64,000 nucleotides of DNA from the NCBI GenBank assembly GCA_028727605.1, contig JAQYOA010000018.1:22550-86549 (forward strand), written 5' to 3'. Numbering within the stretch: position 1 is the first letter of the stretch; the number at the start of each line of letters is the position of its first letter. Position numbers and translations under genes: made by a program. The DNA comes from Lachnospiraceae bacterium (GTDB taxonomy: Bacteria; Bacillota; Clostridia; Lachnospirales; Lachnospiraceae). The notes under the pieces are model-generated. The model was not told the DNA's origin and ran no database searches. It was given only the letters and a program-made list of their open reading frames with translations. Below are positions 10,623-19,458 of this stretch, piece by piece.

Positions 10623-11540
10623 ATGAGACGGTTTTGGTACGTGTTTCTGGCAGTTCTTATCATGAGCTGCTGTATTGGCTGCGATAAGCAGGAAGCAGCA
10701 TCGGCTTATCAATTGTTTTATCTGGACAGTACAGAGACGACGATTGTTTCTGAAGCATACAGCCCCGCAAACGATTCGGCGGAAAAGCTGGTAAAAGAAC
10801 TGATCGATGCCATGCAGGAGGCACCCCGAAAGCAGGAGAATAAGAAACTGCTGACCGGGGATAGTGAGATTCAAAGTTATACACTGGAAAATGGACTTCT
10901 GACGATCAATGTCGGAGCGGGTTATCTTGAGATGGAACGACCGCGGGAAGTGTTGGTGAGAGCAGCTCTGGTCCGGACCTTTGTACAGATTCCCGAGGTG
11001 GAGAAGGTGAAGATTCTTGTGGAAGGACAGCCTTTGACGGACCAGTCTGGGAAAGAAATCAAAGCGATGACGGCGGACAGCTTTGTGGAAAATTCAGGAA
11101 AAGAGATTAATCAGTACCAATATGCGACGCTTACTTTGTATTTTACGAATGCCGAGGGAGATAAGCTGGTGCCGGAGACCCGAAGGGTTCCCTACAGCAC
11201 AAACCTTCCTCTTGAGCGTGTGATCGTGGAACAGCTGATTAAGGGACCGAAGGAAGAAGGGCATTTTGCGGTACTGCCGGATACTGCCAATGTCCTCAGC
11301 GTTACGACTTCGGAGAAGATTACGTATGTGAATTTTGATAATACCGTGACAGATTCCATTTTGAATGTTGCGGAGGAAATATCGATTTATGCGGTGGTGG
11401 ATTCCATCACGGCGAATTGTAAGGTGGATAAGGTGCAGTTTTCCATCAATGGGGAAAGTGATGTAACTTTCCGTGAGAAAATCAAATTGAATCAGTTTTT
11501 TGAGGAAGATTTTTCTTATTTGGAGGACGATGGAAATTGA
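10623..11540 (+). CDS. Tandem GerMN-domain lipoprotein
   Basis: Lipobox-like CIGC. Two repeats of the LYF...L..E.R...LIKGP...VQFSING GerMN pattern. ATG 10623 follows an AGGAGG SD. Confidence 0.8.
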   Translation: MRRFWYVFLAVLIMSCCIGCDKQEAASAYQLFYLDSTETTIVSEAYSPANDSAEKLVKELIDAMQEAPRKQENKKLLTGDSEIQSYTLENGLLTINVGAGYLEMERPREVLVRAALVRTFVQIPEVEKVKILVEGQPLTDQSGKEIKAMTADSFVENSGKEINQYQYATLTLYFTNAEGDKLVPETRRVPYSTNLPLERVIVEQLIKGPKEEGHFAVLPDTANVLSVTTSEKITYVNFDNTVTDSILNVAEEISIYAVVDSITANCKVDKVQFSINGESDVTFREKIKLNQFFEEDFSYLEDDGN

Positions 11541-13792
11541 GAAAAAGGCCCATGTGCCTGATTAGTCTCATCTTTGCACTTGGTATCTGTCTGATGCGGA
11601 TGACAGGCGTGCCTCTCTGGGGCACGCCTGTTTTGTCTGATGATATGCAAAATTTCATACAGTCACAGAAACAGGTGCAGATTGTTGGGGAAATCAGAAA
11701 TTATGAAAAGAAAAGTAATTCTGCCGGATATCTGCTTTGTGACTGTACGGTAAAGCGGGCAGAATCAGAGGCTGTCTGCGAAAGACTTTATATGCTCTTT
11801 GAAGCACAGGATTTGCCGATCGGATCGGTTGTACATATTTTGGGCACGTTGAAAGTTCCGGAAGCGCCAGGGAATCCCGGACAGTTTGATGCCAAAAGTT
11901 ACTATGAAACAAAGGGAATCTGCTGTCTTGTATATGCGGATGAAGTCACAATTTTAAAAAAACAAAACCGGAATCTGCCGGAGGTGTTGAGAAAACTAAG
12001 GGAAGCTTGCGGGCGGCAGATGGAGGTCCTGCTTCCGGAAAAGGAAGCGGGTGTCATGCAGGCGATGCTGTTGGGAGATCGGTCGGCCCTTGACGACCAG
12101 GTAAATGCGTATTACCAGCAGGCGGGAATTGTACATGTTCTTTCCGTTTCGGGAATGCATCTTTCGCTGCTTGGGATGGGAATTTTTCATCTCTGCGGGA
12201 TTTTAAGATTGGGAAGAAAAAAATCCGCAGCAATTTCCGGTACCATGATGATTCTTTACGGAATTCTTACCGGATGCCACACAGCGACAGTCAGGGCAAT
12301 GATTATGTTTTGTGCGGCTATGGGTGCCCGGATCATCGGACGCACTTATGACGCGTTAAGCGCATTGGCGCTGGCGTCAACTCTGATGCTGGCAGAACAG
12401 CCCCGCCTGTTGTTTTCCGGGGGATTTCTGATGTCTGTGGGTGCGGTCCTTGGCGTTGTGCTTGTCTGTCCCATTCTGTTTCCGGAAGCTGGAACGGGCA
12501 AAACGGTTTGGGATAAGGTGCTGTCGGCAATCCGGGTTTATGCAGCGGTTACGGCAGTGATTCTGCCGCTGTGTGCCTGGTTTTACTATGAGATTCCGCT
12601 TCTTGGGGCTTTGCCCAATCTGCTTACGGGACCTACCCTGGCAGCGGTGCTGCTTCCGGGAGTGGGGGCATGTCTTATGGGATTTTTCAATCTGCAGGCG
12701 GCAGAGGTACTGATCTTTCCGGCTCGTATTCTTTTGAAATGTTATCTTGCCGCTGCGGAGACAATCAGCCGGGTTCCGGGCAGTGTATGGATCTGCGGCC
12801 AGCCGGAAATTTATCAGGTATGGGGATACTATTGCATTCTGATCCTTCTGCTTCTTGTTTTGCATGTGAAACAAAAACAGAGGAGGGAGGAAGAGGGGAA
12901 GAACCAGTTTGATACGATACAGAGAACCTGCAGCATGTTTGTACTATTTGTGGCGGCATTGTTTCTGTTTTGGCGGACGACGCCGGAATTTGAAGTGACG
13001 GTACTTGATGTGGGGCAGGGGGACTGCATTGAAGTGCGAAGCGGAGAATTTCATCTCCTGATTGATGGAGGAAGCAGCAGTGTCAGCAAGGTAGGAACTT
13101 ATCGGATTCTGCCCTGGCTGCGTCAGCAGGGAATCAGCAGATTGGACGGGATTGTGATCACACATCCGGACGAGGATCATATCAACGGAATTCTGGAAAT
13201 AATGAACGCGATAGCGGAGGGAAAGACGGCATTGCGTGTAAAGTATCTCTTTCTTCCGATCTGGATGAAAAACGGGGAAGCAGAGATTCCCCTGATTTCC
13301 TCCGCACAAAGTGCCGGAATCGTGGTACAATATCTTCAGGCGGGAGATCAGCTTCAAAATGGAAAGCTGAAACTCACAGTACTTCATCCAGAAGACAATG
13401 AATATTATCTGGAGCATACGAACGCAGGAAGTATCGTGCTGCAATCGGAGTATGAAGGCTTTCAGGCTCTTTTTACAGGAGATCTGGAAGGAGTGGGAGA
13501 GGACGCTTTAAAGAGAACGGCGCAGCATTGTGACTTTTTGAAAGTAGCTCATCACGGATCGGCAAATTCAACCGACCGGGAACTTCTTGCGCTGCTGGAA
13601 CCGTCGATCAGTGTATTTTCCTGTGAATGGCCGGGCAAGTACGGTCATCCGCACAGAGAATTGCTGGAGCGTCTTTGGGAGAGCGGCAGCAGGGTTTACG
13701 GGACTCCATCCTGCGGTGCCGTCACTGTGTGGAGAAAGAGCGGCCATACGTATTTAAGAGGATTCCTTTCATCAGAGGAATTCACATTTTAA
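11537..13792 (+). CDS. comEC: DNA uptake channel ComEC/Rec2 (OB fold, competence domain, metallo-beta-lactamase domain)
   Basis: GIVHVLSVSGMH, RAMIM, LDVGQGD, THPDEDH, KVAHHGS and YGHPH motifs. Confidence 0.95.
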   Translation: MRKRPMCLISLIFALGICLMRMTGVPLWGTPVLSDDMQNFIQSQKQVQIVGEIRNYEKKSNSAGYLLCDCTVKRAESEAVCERLYMLFEAQDLPIGSVVHILGTLKVPEAPGNPGQFDAKSYYETKGICCLVYADEVTILKKQNRNLPEVLRKLREACGRQMEVLLPEKEAGVMQAMLLGDRSALDDQVNAYYQQAGIVHVLSVSGMHLSLLGMGIFHLCGILRLGRKKSAAISGTMMILYGILTGCHTATVRAMIMFCAAMGARIIGRTYDALSALALASTLMLAEQPRLLFSGGFLMSVGAVLGVVLVCPILFPEAGTGKTVWDKVLSAIRVYAAVTAVILPLCAWFYYEIPLLGALPNLLTGPTLAAVLLPGVGACLMGFFNLQAAEVLIFPARILLKCYLAAAETISRVPGSVWICGQPEIYQVWGYYCILILLLLVLHVKQKQRREEEGKNQFDTIQRTCSMFVLFVAALFLFWRTTPEFEVTVLDVGQGDCIEVRSGEFHLLIDGGSSSVSKVGTYRILPWLRQQGISRLDGIVITHPDEDHINGILEIMNAIAEGKTALRVKYLFLPIWMKNGEAEIPLISSAQSAGIVVQYLQAGDQLQNGKLKLTVLHPEDNEYYLEHTNAGSIVLQSEYEGFQALFTGDLEGVGEDALKRTAQHCDFLKVAHHGSANSTDRELLALLEPSISVFSCEWPGKYGHPHRELLERLWESGSRVYGTPSCGAVTVWRKSGHTYLRGFLSSEEFTF

Positions 13793-13807
13793 ACAACAGG
13801 AGCAGAC

Positions 13808-14800
13808 ATGAAAAGTATATTAGAAGATATCAAAAATCAGGATTACAAAAGAGCTTACCTTTTTTACGGCGATGAGGAATATCTGAAAAATCAGTATAAG
13901 AACCGGTTGAAAAATGCGCTTGTTCCGGAGGACGATACAATGAATTTTTCGCGGTTTGAGGGAAAGGGAACAGACAGCCGCCAGGTGATTGACCTGGCGG
14001 AAACGATGCCTTTTTTTGCGGAACGCCGTGTGATTCTGATGGAAAATACAGGCTTTTTCAAAAATAAGGCAGATGAAATGGCAGATTACCTGGCAAATCT
14101 GCCGGATTATCTGGTGCTTTTGTTTGTGGAGGAAGAGGTTGATAAGCGGAGCCGCATGTATAAGGCATTGCAGAAATGCGGACGTGCGGTGGAGTTTGTG
14201 ACGCAGGATGAGAAGACGTTGATGACCTGGATCCTTGGGATGCTGAAAAAAGAAGGCAAGAAAATCACGCGGCCGGATATGGAACTTTTTCTGGAGAAAA
14301 CCGGAACGGATATGGGAAATATCGCCATGGAACTGGAGAAACTGCAGAGCTATACGATGGGAAGAGAGATTATTACCGCGAAGGATATTGAGGCTGTCTG
14401 TACGACACAGATTACAAACCGGATCTTTGATATGATCCGTGCGGTCACGGAGAAAAAACAGAGAAAAGCGCTGGAACTGTATTATGATCTTCTTTCTTTA
14501 AAAGAACCTCCGATGCGGATTTTGTTTCTTCTGGCCCGTCAGTTTAATCTGCTTCTTCAGGTCAAAGAGCTTTTGGCGGAACAGTGTGATCAGCAGACGA
14601 TCGCAAAGCGGACAGGGCTTTCGCCCTTTGTGGTGAAAAATTATATTCCTCTTTCCCGGCAGTACGAAAGAGAAGAGCTGGAAAAGGCAGTGGGGGATTG
14701 TGTACAGATGGAAGAGGATGTGAAAACAGGAAAAATCGGGGATACCTTAAGTGTGGAACTGCTGATTATCCGCTACAGCGGAGATGGCAGCGCATCTTAA
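13808..14800 (+). CDS. holA: DNA polymerase III subunit delta
   Basis: YLFYGDEEYL, AETMPFFAERRVI and ELEKL motifs; conserved position after comEC. Confidence 0.93.
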   Translation: MKSILEDIKNQDYKRAYLFYGDEEYLKNQYKNRLKNALVPEDDTMNFSRFEGKGTDSRQVIDLAETMPFFAERRVILMENTGFFKNKADEMADYLANLPDYLVLLFVEEEVDKRSRMYKALQKCGRAVEFVTQDEKTLMTWILGMLKKEGKKITRPDMELFLEKTGTDMGNIAMELEKLQSYTMGREIITAKDIEAVCTTQITNRIFDMIRAVTEKKQRKALELYYDLLSLKEPPMRILFLLARQFNLLLQVKELLAEQCDQQTIAKRTGLSPFVVKNYIPLSRQYEREELEKAVGDCVQMEEDVKTGKIGDTLSVELLIIRYSGDGSAS

Positions 14801-14845
14801 AAAAGGCTTCCGGGAGAGCAAAGTGATGCTCCCGGAAGCCTTTTT
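14799..14845. terminator. Bidirectional intrinsic terminator between holA and the rhamnosidase gene
   Basis: AAAAGGCTTCCGGGAG...CTCCCGGAAGCCTTTTT between convergent genes. Confidence 0.88.
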
Positions 14846-14858
14846 GTCTTCTGGTTGA

Positions 14859-17030
14859 TCAAAGTTTTCCAAAGAACAGATAGGAACCTTTTTCCACGGT
14901 TCTTTCCTGACCGTCAATCACGATGACTGCAGGAGACGGAGTTACGATTTCATATTTCCAAAAGCCGTTTTCTTTTTTCCAGCAGGAACGCAGCATTCCG
15001 CGGCGTGTCTGAAGTTCCACATTCAGGCAGTCAAGACGGGAATCCGGCTTTGGCTCAATACGAACTCGCTCGTAGCCCGGGAATTCCTCTACTGTGTGAA
15101 TTCCGGCAGCTTCTCCGAACACCCAGTCTGCAACGGATCCGTAAGCATAGTGGTTGAAGGAGTTCATATCGCTGCTCCAGAAATCGCCGTTTTCCATGAT
15201 GCCGTCCCAGTGTTCCCAGATGGTTGTTGCACCCTTGGTTACCGGATAGAGCCAGGACGGATACTCTTTTCGGAGCAGAAGAGAGTATGCCAGCTCTGTA
15301 TGACCGTAAGTGCTCAGGACATGGAGCAGATACGGAGTTCCCACAAAACCGGTTTCCAGACGGATACCGCATTGCCGGATACGGTCTGCGAGCTGATCGG
15401 CTGCGGCCTGGGGATCCGGTGCGAGACCAAAGTGAGCAGCAAGCACGCACTCTGTCTGGGTGGTGTATTCCGGATAGGTTTCCCGGAATGTGGTAAGAAT
15501 ATTCTGATAGAGTGTCTCGTAGGCAGAAACGTCTTCACCGAGAACTTTGCCCGCTTTGATGACCAGCTCTGTGGAATACGCATAAAAGGCGGATGCAATG
15601 AAATCCTCTCTTGAGGAGCCTTTGTAGCTGCCGGAAGGAGCATCCAGTCCAAGCCAGTCACCGTAATGTTCCCCTCCGGTCCAAAGATTCGGGGTAGTAG
15701 TGGTAGAAGTGATATAATCAATCCAGCCGGTCATACTTTTGAACTGATTTTTCAGGATCTGCGGATTGCCGTAAGCTAAATAAACCTCCCAGGGACAGAT
15801 GACGGCTGCATCGCCCCAGGCAGCACTTCCGTTTGGTGCTTCCAAAACATCGGGGATCACATGGCCGACTCTTCCTTCTGGGGTCTGGCAGGCAGCGAGA
15901 TCAGCAAGCCATTTGGTAAAGAAACGCTCTGCGTCATACTGGAAGCAGGCAGTGCGGCAGAAAACCTGTGCGTCTCCGGTCCAGCCAAGACGTTCATCTC
16001 TTTGCGGGCAGTCGGTGGGAACATCCAGAAAATTGCCTTTTTGGCCCCAGAGAATATTGTCGAAGAGACGATTCAGCATCGGATCCGAGCAGGAAATTCT
16101 GCCGGTGCGGCGCATATCCGAATGAACCGCAATGGCGATAAAATTCTCCGGTTTTGCATGATCCACACCGCCGGGGAAAGCATTTATCCGGATATAACGG
16201 AAACCGTAGAATGTCAGATGCGGCTTATAGGTCTGAAGACCATCCCGGCAGATATAACGGTAAATTGCCCTGGCGCTGCGGTAATTTTCCGTATAAAAAT
16301 TTCCGTCCTTGTCCAGAACTTCCGCGAAAGAGAGAGAGACTTCCTCTCCGGCAGAAGCGCTGACGGTGGTTTCTACATAACCGGTAACCTCCTGACCGAA
16401 ATCAATTACAAGTTCTCCTTTTGGAGTGTAAAAGATCTGTTCCGGAAACAGATGATCCTGTTCGTGAACTTCCTCGCCCTGCTGGGGAATCAGTGTGTGG
16501 TAAGGTCCGTCGAAAACAACGGCAGAAGTGCCCTCTTCCGGAACGACAGTCGCATCGTAGATTTCTCCGTCATAAATTTCGGAGAGCAGAATCGGACTTT
16601 TTGCGGTGGTCCAGGAGCTGTCGGTAACGACCTGCTCTGTGGAACCGTCAGAATAGAGAAGTGTCAGTTCTGCCAGCAGTCCGGCGGGATTTTTTTGCAG
16701 ATTGCTCTGTACTTTGGAATCAGTCCAGCCTGCAAGGCGTCCGCGGTACCAGCCTTTTCCGACCGTCACCATAAGGGTGTTTGTATCGGTGATCAGTTCT
16801 GTGACATCATATTCCTGATACTGAAGCCGCTGATCATAGCAGGTCCAGCCGGGAGCAAGGATGAAGTCTCCGACTCTGTTTCCGTTCAGGGAAGCCTCAT
16901 ACACGCCGAGGGCTGTGATGCGAAGAGTCGCTTTTTCAAGAGGTTTGCAAAGCGCAAAAGATTTGGAAAATACCGGGCAGACGTCCAAAAGGTCTGCAGC
17001 CGGCCGTATCCAGGATGCATTCCATTCCAT
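14859..17030 (-). CDS. Alpha-L-rhamnosidase (GH78), no signal peptide
   Basis: PTDCPQRDERLGWTGDAQVF, GATTIWEHWD, SFNHYAYGSV and FYGFRY motifs. Confidence 0.93.
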   Translation of the reverse strand: MEWNASWIRPAADLLDVCPVFSKSFALCKPLEKATLRITALGVYEASLNGNRVGDFILAPGWTCYDQRLQYQEYDVTELITDTNTLMVTVGKGWYRGRLAGWTDSKVQSNLQKNPAGLLAELTLLYSDGSTEQVVTDSSWTTAKSPILLSEIYDGEIYDATVVPEEGTSAVVFDGPYHTLIPQQGEEVHEQDHLFPEQIFYTPKGELVIDFGQEVTGYVETTVSASAGEEVSLSFAEVLDKDGNFYTENYRSARAIYRYICRDGLQTYKPHLTFYGFRYIRINAFPGGVDHAKPENFIAIAVHSDMRRTGRISCSDPMLNRLFDNILWGQKGNFLDVPTDCPQRDERLGWTGDAQVFCRTACFQYDAERFFTKWLADLAACQTPEGRVGHVIPDVLEAPNGSAAWGDAAVICPWEVYLAYGNPQILKNQFKSMTGWIDYITSTTTTPNLWTGGEHYGDWLGLDAPSGSYKGSSREDFIASAFYAYSTELVIKAGKVLGEDVSAYETLYQNILTTFRETYPEYTTQTECVLAAHFGLAPDPQAAADQLADRIRQCGIRLETGFVGTPYLLHVLSTYGHTELAYSLLLRKEYPSWLYPVTKGATTIWEHWDGIMENGDFWSSDMNSFNHYAYGSVADWVFGEAAGIHTVEEFPGYERVRIEPKPDSRLDCLNVELQTRRGMLRSCWKKENGFWKYEIVTPSPAVIVIDGQERTVEKGSYLFFGKL

Positions 17031-17135
17031 AAAATTAATACCTCCGTTTTCTTCTTACTTGACATTTAGCATAACAGATCGTACTCTATAAAAAAACCAC
17101 CAAATTTGGCTGGTTATAGGGGTGAATTTAACTAT

Positions 17136-17999
17136 ATGGAAGAGAAATATACCTTAGATCTGGAGCAGGTCGAAAACAAAACCGAGGGAAATCTGGTGAT
17201 TTTGCCTTACCGTCAGGGGGATATGGGAAGCCATGATCATCGGTTTTTTGAACTGGTGTACATCACGGGAGGCACTGCTGTGCAGACTCTGAATGAAGAG
17301 CGGATGGTGCTGTCTCCCGGAGACTACTTTATTATGGATTATGGAAGCGTTCACAGTTATTCCCAAAGCAATGAGCTGACACTGATCAATTGTCTGTTTT
17401 TGCCGGAGGTGATCGATGATACGCTGAAAGGATGCCGTACGGTGGAACAGCTGATGCAGGTATGCCTGATCCGGTATGATACGAGAGTGGTGGGGGAGAC
17501 GCCGGCAAACCGGGTTTTTCACGATGAGGATGGCCGGGTTTTATGGCTTCTGAAAGGCCTGGAAAAGGAATATCAGGAGAAACAGACCGGATACCGGGAA
17601 ATTTACAGGAGCCGTTTAAGGGAGATTCTGATTTTGACCCTGCGAAGTGTAAGAAAAGGGATTACGGAGCGCGCAAAGAATGAGGCCGTTATTCAGGTCA
17701 TTCGCTATGCCAATGAGCAATTTGACCGGGGAGCGTGTCTGAGTGAATTCTGCAGAAGAGAACATTACAGCGTTCCCTACATCAGCCGGAAATTTCATGA
17801 AGAGACAGGGATGACCTTCCGGGAATATCTTCAGAGGCTCCGGATTGAGAAAAGCTGTGAACTTCTGCAGGGAACAAGTCTGTCGGTGGAAGAAATTGCA
17901 GAACGGGTAGGATATGAGGACGCGAAATTTTATCGTCAGATTTTCAGGCGCATGGTAAAAATGACACCAAAAGAATATCGGAAATACGGAAGTATATAA
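17136..17999 (+). CDS. AraC-family transcriptional regulator (cupin + double HTH)
   Basis: HDHRFFELVYI cupin motif and C-terminal IAERVGYEDAKFYRQIFRR...TPKEYR; divergent from the GH78 gene. Confidence 0.92.
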   Translation: MEEKYTLDLEQVENKTEGNLVILPYRQGDMGSHDHRFFELVYITGGTAVQTLNEERMVLSPGDYFIMDYGSVHSYSQSNELTLINCLFLPEVIDDTLKGCRTVEQLMQVCLIRYDTRVVGETPANRVFHDEDGRVLWLLKGLEKEYQEKQTGYREIYRSRLREILILTLRSVRKGITERAKNEAVIQVIRYANEQFDRGACLSEFCRREHYSVPYISRKFHEETGMTFREYLQRLRIEKSCELLQGTSLSVEEIAERVGYEDAKFYRQIFRRMVKMTPKEYRKYGSI

Positions 18000-18038
18000 A
18001 AAACCCGGCCACATGACGGGATGGCCGGGAAATTTTTG
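17998..18038. terminator. Terminator between the araC-family gene and rpsT
   Basis: CCCGGCCA...TGGCCGGG stem flanked by A and T tracts between convergent genes. Confidence 0.6.
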
Positions 18039-18052
18039 TTTTTATGATATAT

Positions 18053-18316
18053 TTATGCGATTGAGTTTACAGCTTTGCTCAGACGAGACACTTTTCTGGC
18101 AGCGTTGTTTTTGTGATAAACGCCTTTAGAAGCAGCCTTGTCGATGGTAGAGATCGCATTTGTTAATGCAGCAGCAGCAGCCTCTTTATCTTTTGCAGCT
18201 ACAGCAGCATCTACTTTCTTCATGGAAGTCTTAACTGCAGAACGGATTGCTTTGTTGCGGTCAGCCTTCGTCTGATTTACCAGGATTCTTTTCTTTGCAG
18301 ATTTAATGTTAGCCAA
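18053..18316 (-). CDS. rpsT: 30S ribosomal protein S20
   Basis: ANIKSAKKRI...IDKAASKGVYHKNNAARKVSRL. TTG start at 18316 with a GGAGGTG SD. Confidence 0.97.
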   Translation of the reverse strand: MANIKSAKKRILVNQTKADRNKAIRSAVKTSMKKVDAAVAAKDKEAAAAALTNAISTIDKAASKGVYHKNNAARKVSRLSKAVNSIA

Positions 18317-18407
18317 ACTGTACACCTCCAAACTTTCTTTTAAAATAAATGATTGTTTTTGTGTCAGTGGAACAGACACGGACGTTCCACTTAAAACATG
18401 CTTTATT

Positions 18408-18436
18408 ATTCTATGCTATTTTCTTTGGTTTGTCAA
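18408..18436 (-). promoter_or_regulatory. SigmaA promoter of rpsT
   Basis: TTGACA-17bp-TAGAAT on the minus strand. Confidence 0.7.
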
Positions 18437-18523
18437 TAAGAAAAATAAAAAATCTTTCAATACATAATATAGAAAAATCAGAAGAGAATAGCAAACGTAA
18501 AAGGAAAGCATCAGGAGGGCGTT

Positions 18524-19435
18524 ATGATCGGGAAATATAGAATTCGGACAGATCTTGCAATGGAAAACGGTGAGAAGTACGAAAACGATGACGTGGAACT
18601 TTCCGGTGTGGTGATCCGGAAAGATTACAATCAGGAGAAAGATGTGCACACCACCTATGTCCAGATTCAGACAGAGCACGGTGCCAGGATGATGGAAAAG
18701 CCCATAGGGACTTATGTGACGATCGAAGCTCCGAATCTGACGGTATTGGATGAGGAATATCACAGGGAAATTGCCGGCGAACTGTCGGAACATCTGCGTG
18801 CTCTTTTGCCAGGGGGAGATGAAGCGGCAATTTTGGTGATCGGTCTTGGAAACCGTGACATCACACCGGATGCCCTGGGACCGCAGGTGGTGGAGAATCT
18901 GCAGATTACACGTCATCTCGTAAAGGAATATGGAGCTGCAGCGCTGGGAGAAAAATGTGCGCGAAAGATCAGCGCGCTTGTTCCGGGGGTGATGGCTCAG
19001 ACCGGTATGGAGACGATGGAGATTGTGCGCGGTGTTGTAAAGGAGACAAATCCGGATGTGGTGGTCGTGATTGATGCTCTTGCAGCGCGAAGCATCCGAC
19101 GGCTGAACTGTACAATTCAGCTGACGGATACCGGAATCAGTCCCGGTTCCGGAGTGGGAAATTATCGGAATGCACTGAATCAGGAGACGCTGAAGGTACC
19201 GGTGATCGGGATCGGAGTTCCGACTGTTGTGGATGCGGGTACCATTATTCATGATGCTGTAGCGGAACTTCTGGAATCACTGGAGGAATCAGAAATGGAT
19301 GAGTTTTTGGGAGAGCTGATCAGTCCGTCGCTGCAAAGCATGTATGTGACGCCAAAAGAGATTGATGAGACGATAAAGAGACTGAGTATTACGATTTCCG
19401 AAGGGCTGAACAAGGCATTTTTGTATAGCGGCTGA
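18524..19435 (+). CDS. gpr: Germination protease (GPR endopeptidase)
   Basis: RTDLA.E, GLGNRDITPDALGP, PGVMAQTGME and IDALAARS motifs; divergent from rpsT as usual. Confidence 0.96.
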   Translation: MIGKYRIRTDLAMENGEKYENDDVELSGVVIRKDYNQEKDVHTTYVQIQTEHGARMMEKPIGTYVTIEAPNLTVLDEEYHREIAGELSEHLRALLPGGDEAAILVIGLGNRDITPDALGPQVVENLQITRHLVKEYGAAALGEKCARKISALVPGVMAQTGMETMEIVRGVVKETNPDVVVVIDALAARSIRRLNCTIQLTDTGISPGSGVGNYRNALNQETLKVPVIGIGVPTVVDAGTIIHDAVAELLESLEESEMDEFLGELISPSLQSMYVTPKEIDETIKRLSITISEGLNKAFLYSG

Positions 19436-19458
19436 CATATCATAATAGCGGTGATGAT

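Noticed and set aside
9462-10874. Long antisense ORFs (470 aa here; likewise 27653-29170, 32478-33839, 24228-25412, 15861-17069 and 40375-41427)
   Set aside because: They lie opposite well-supported genes and show no recognisable motifs. They are most simply shadow frames produced by codon bias.
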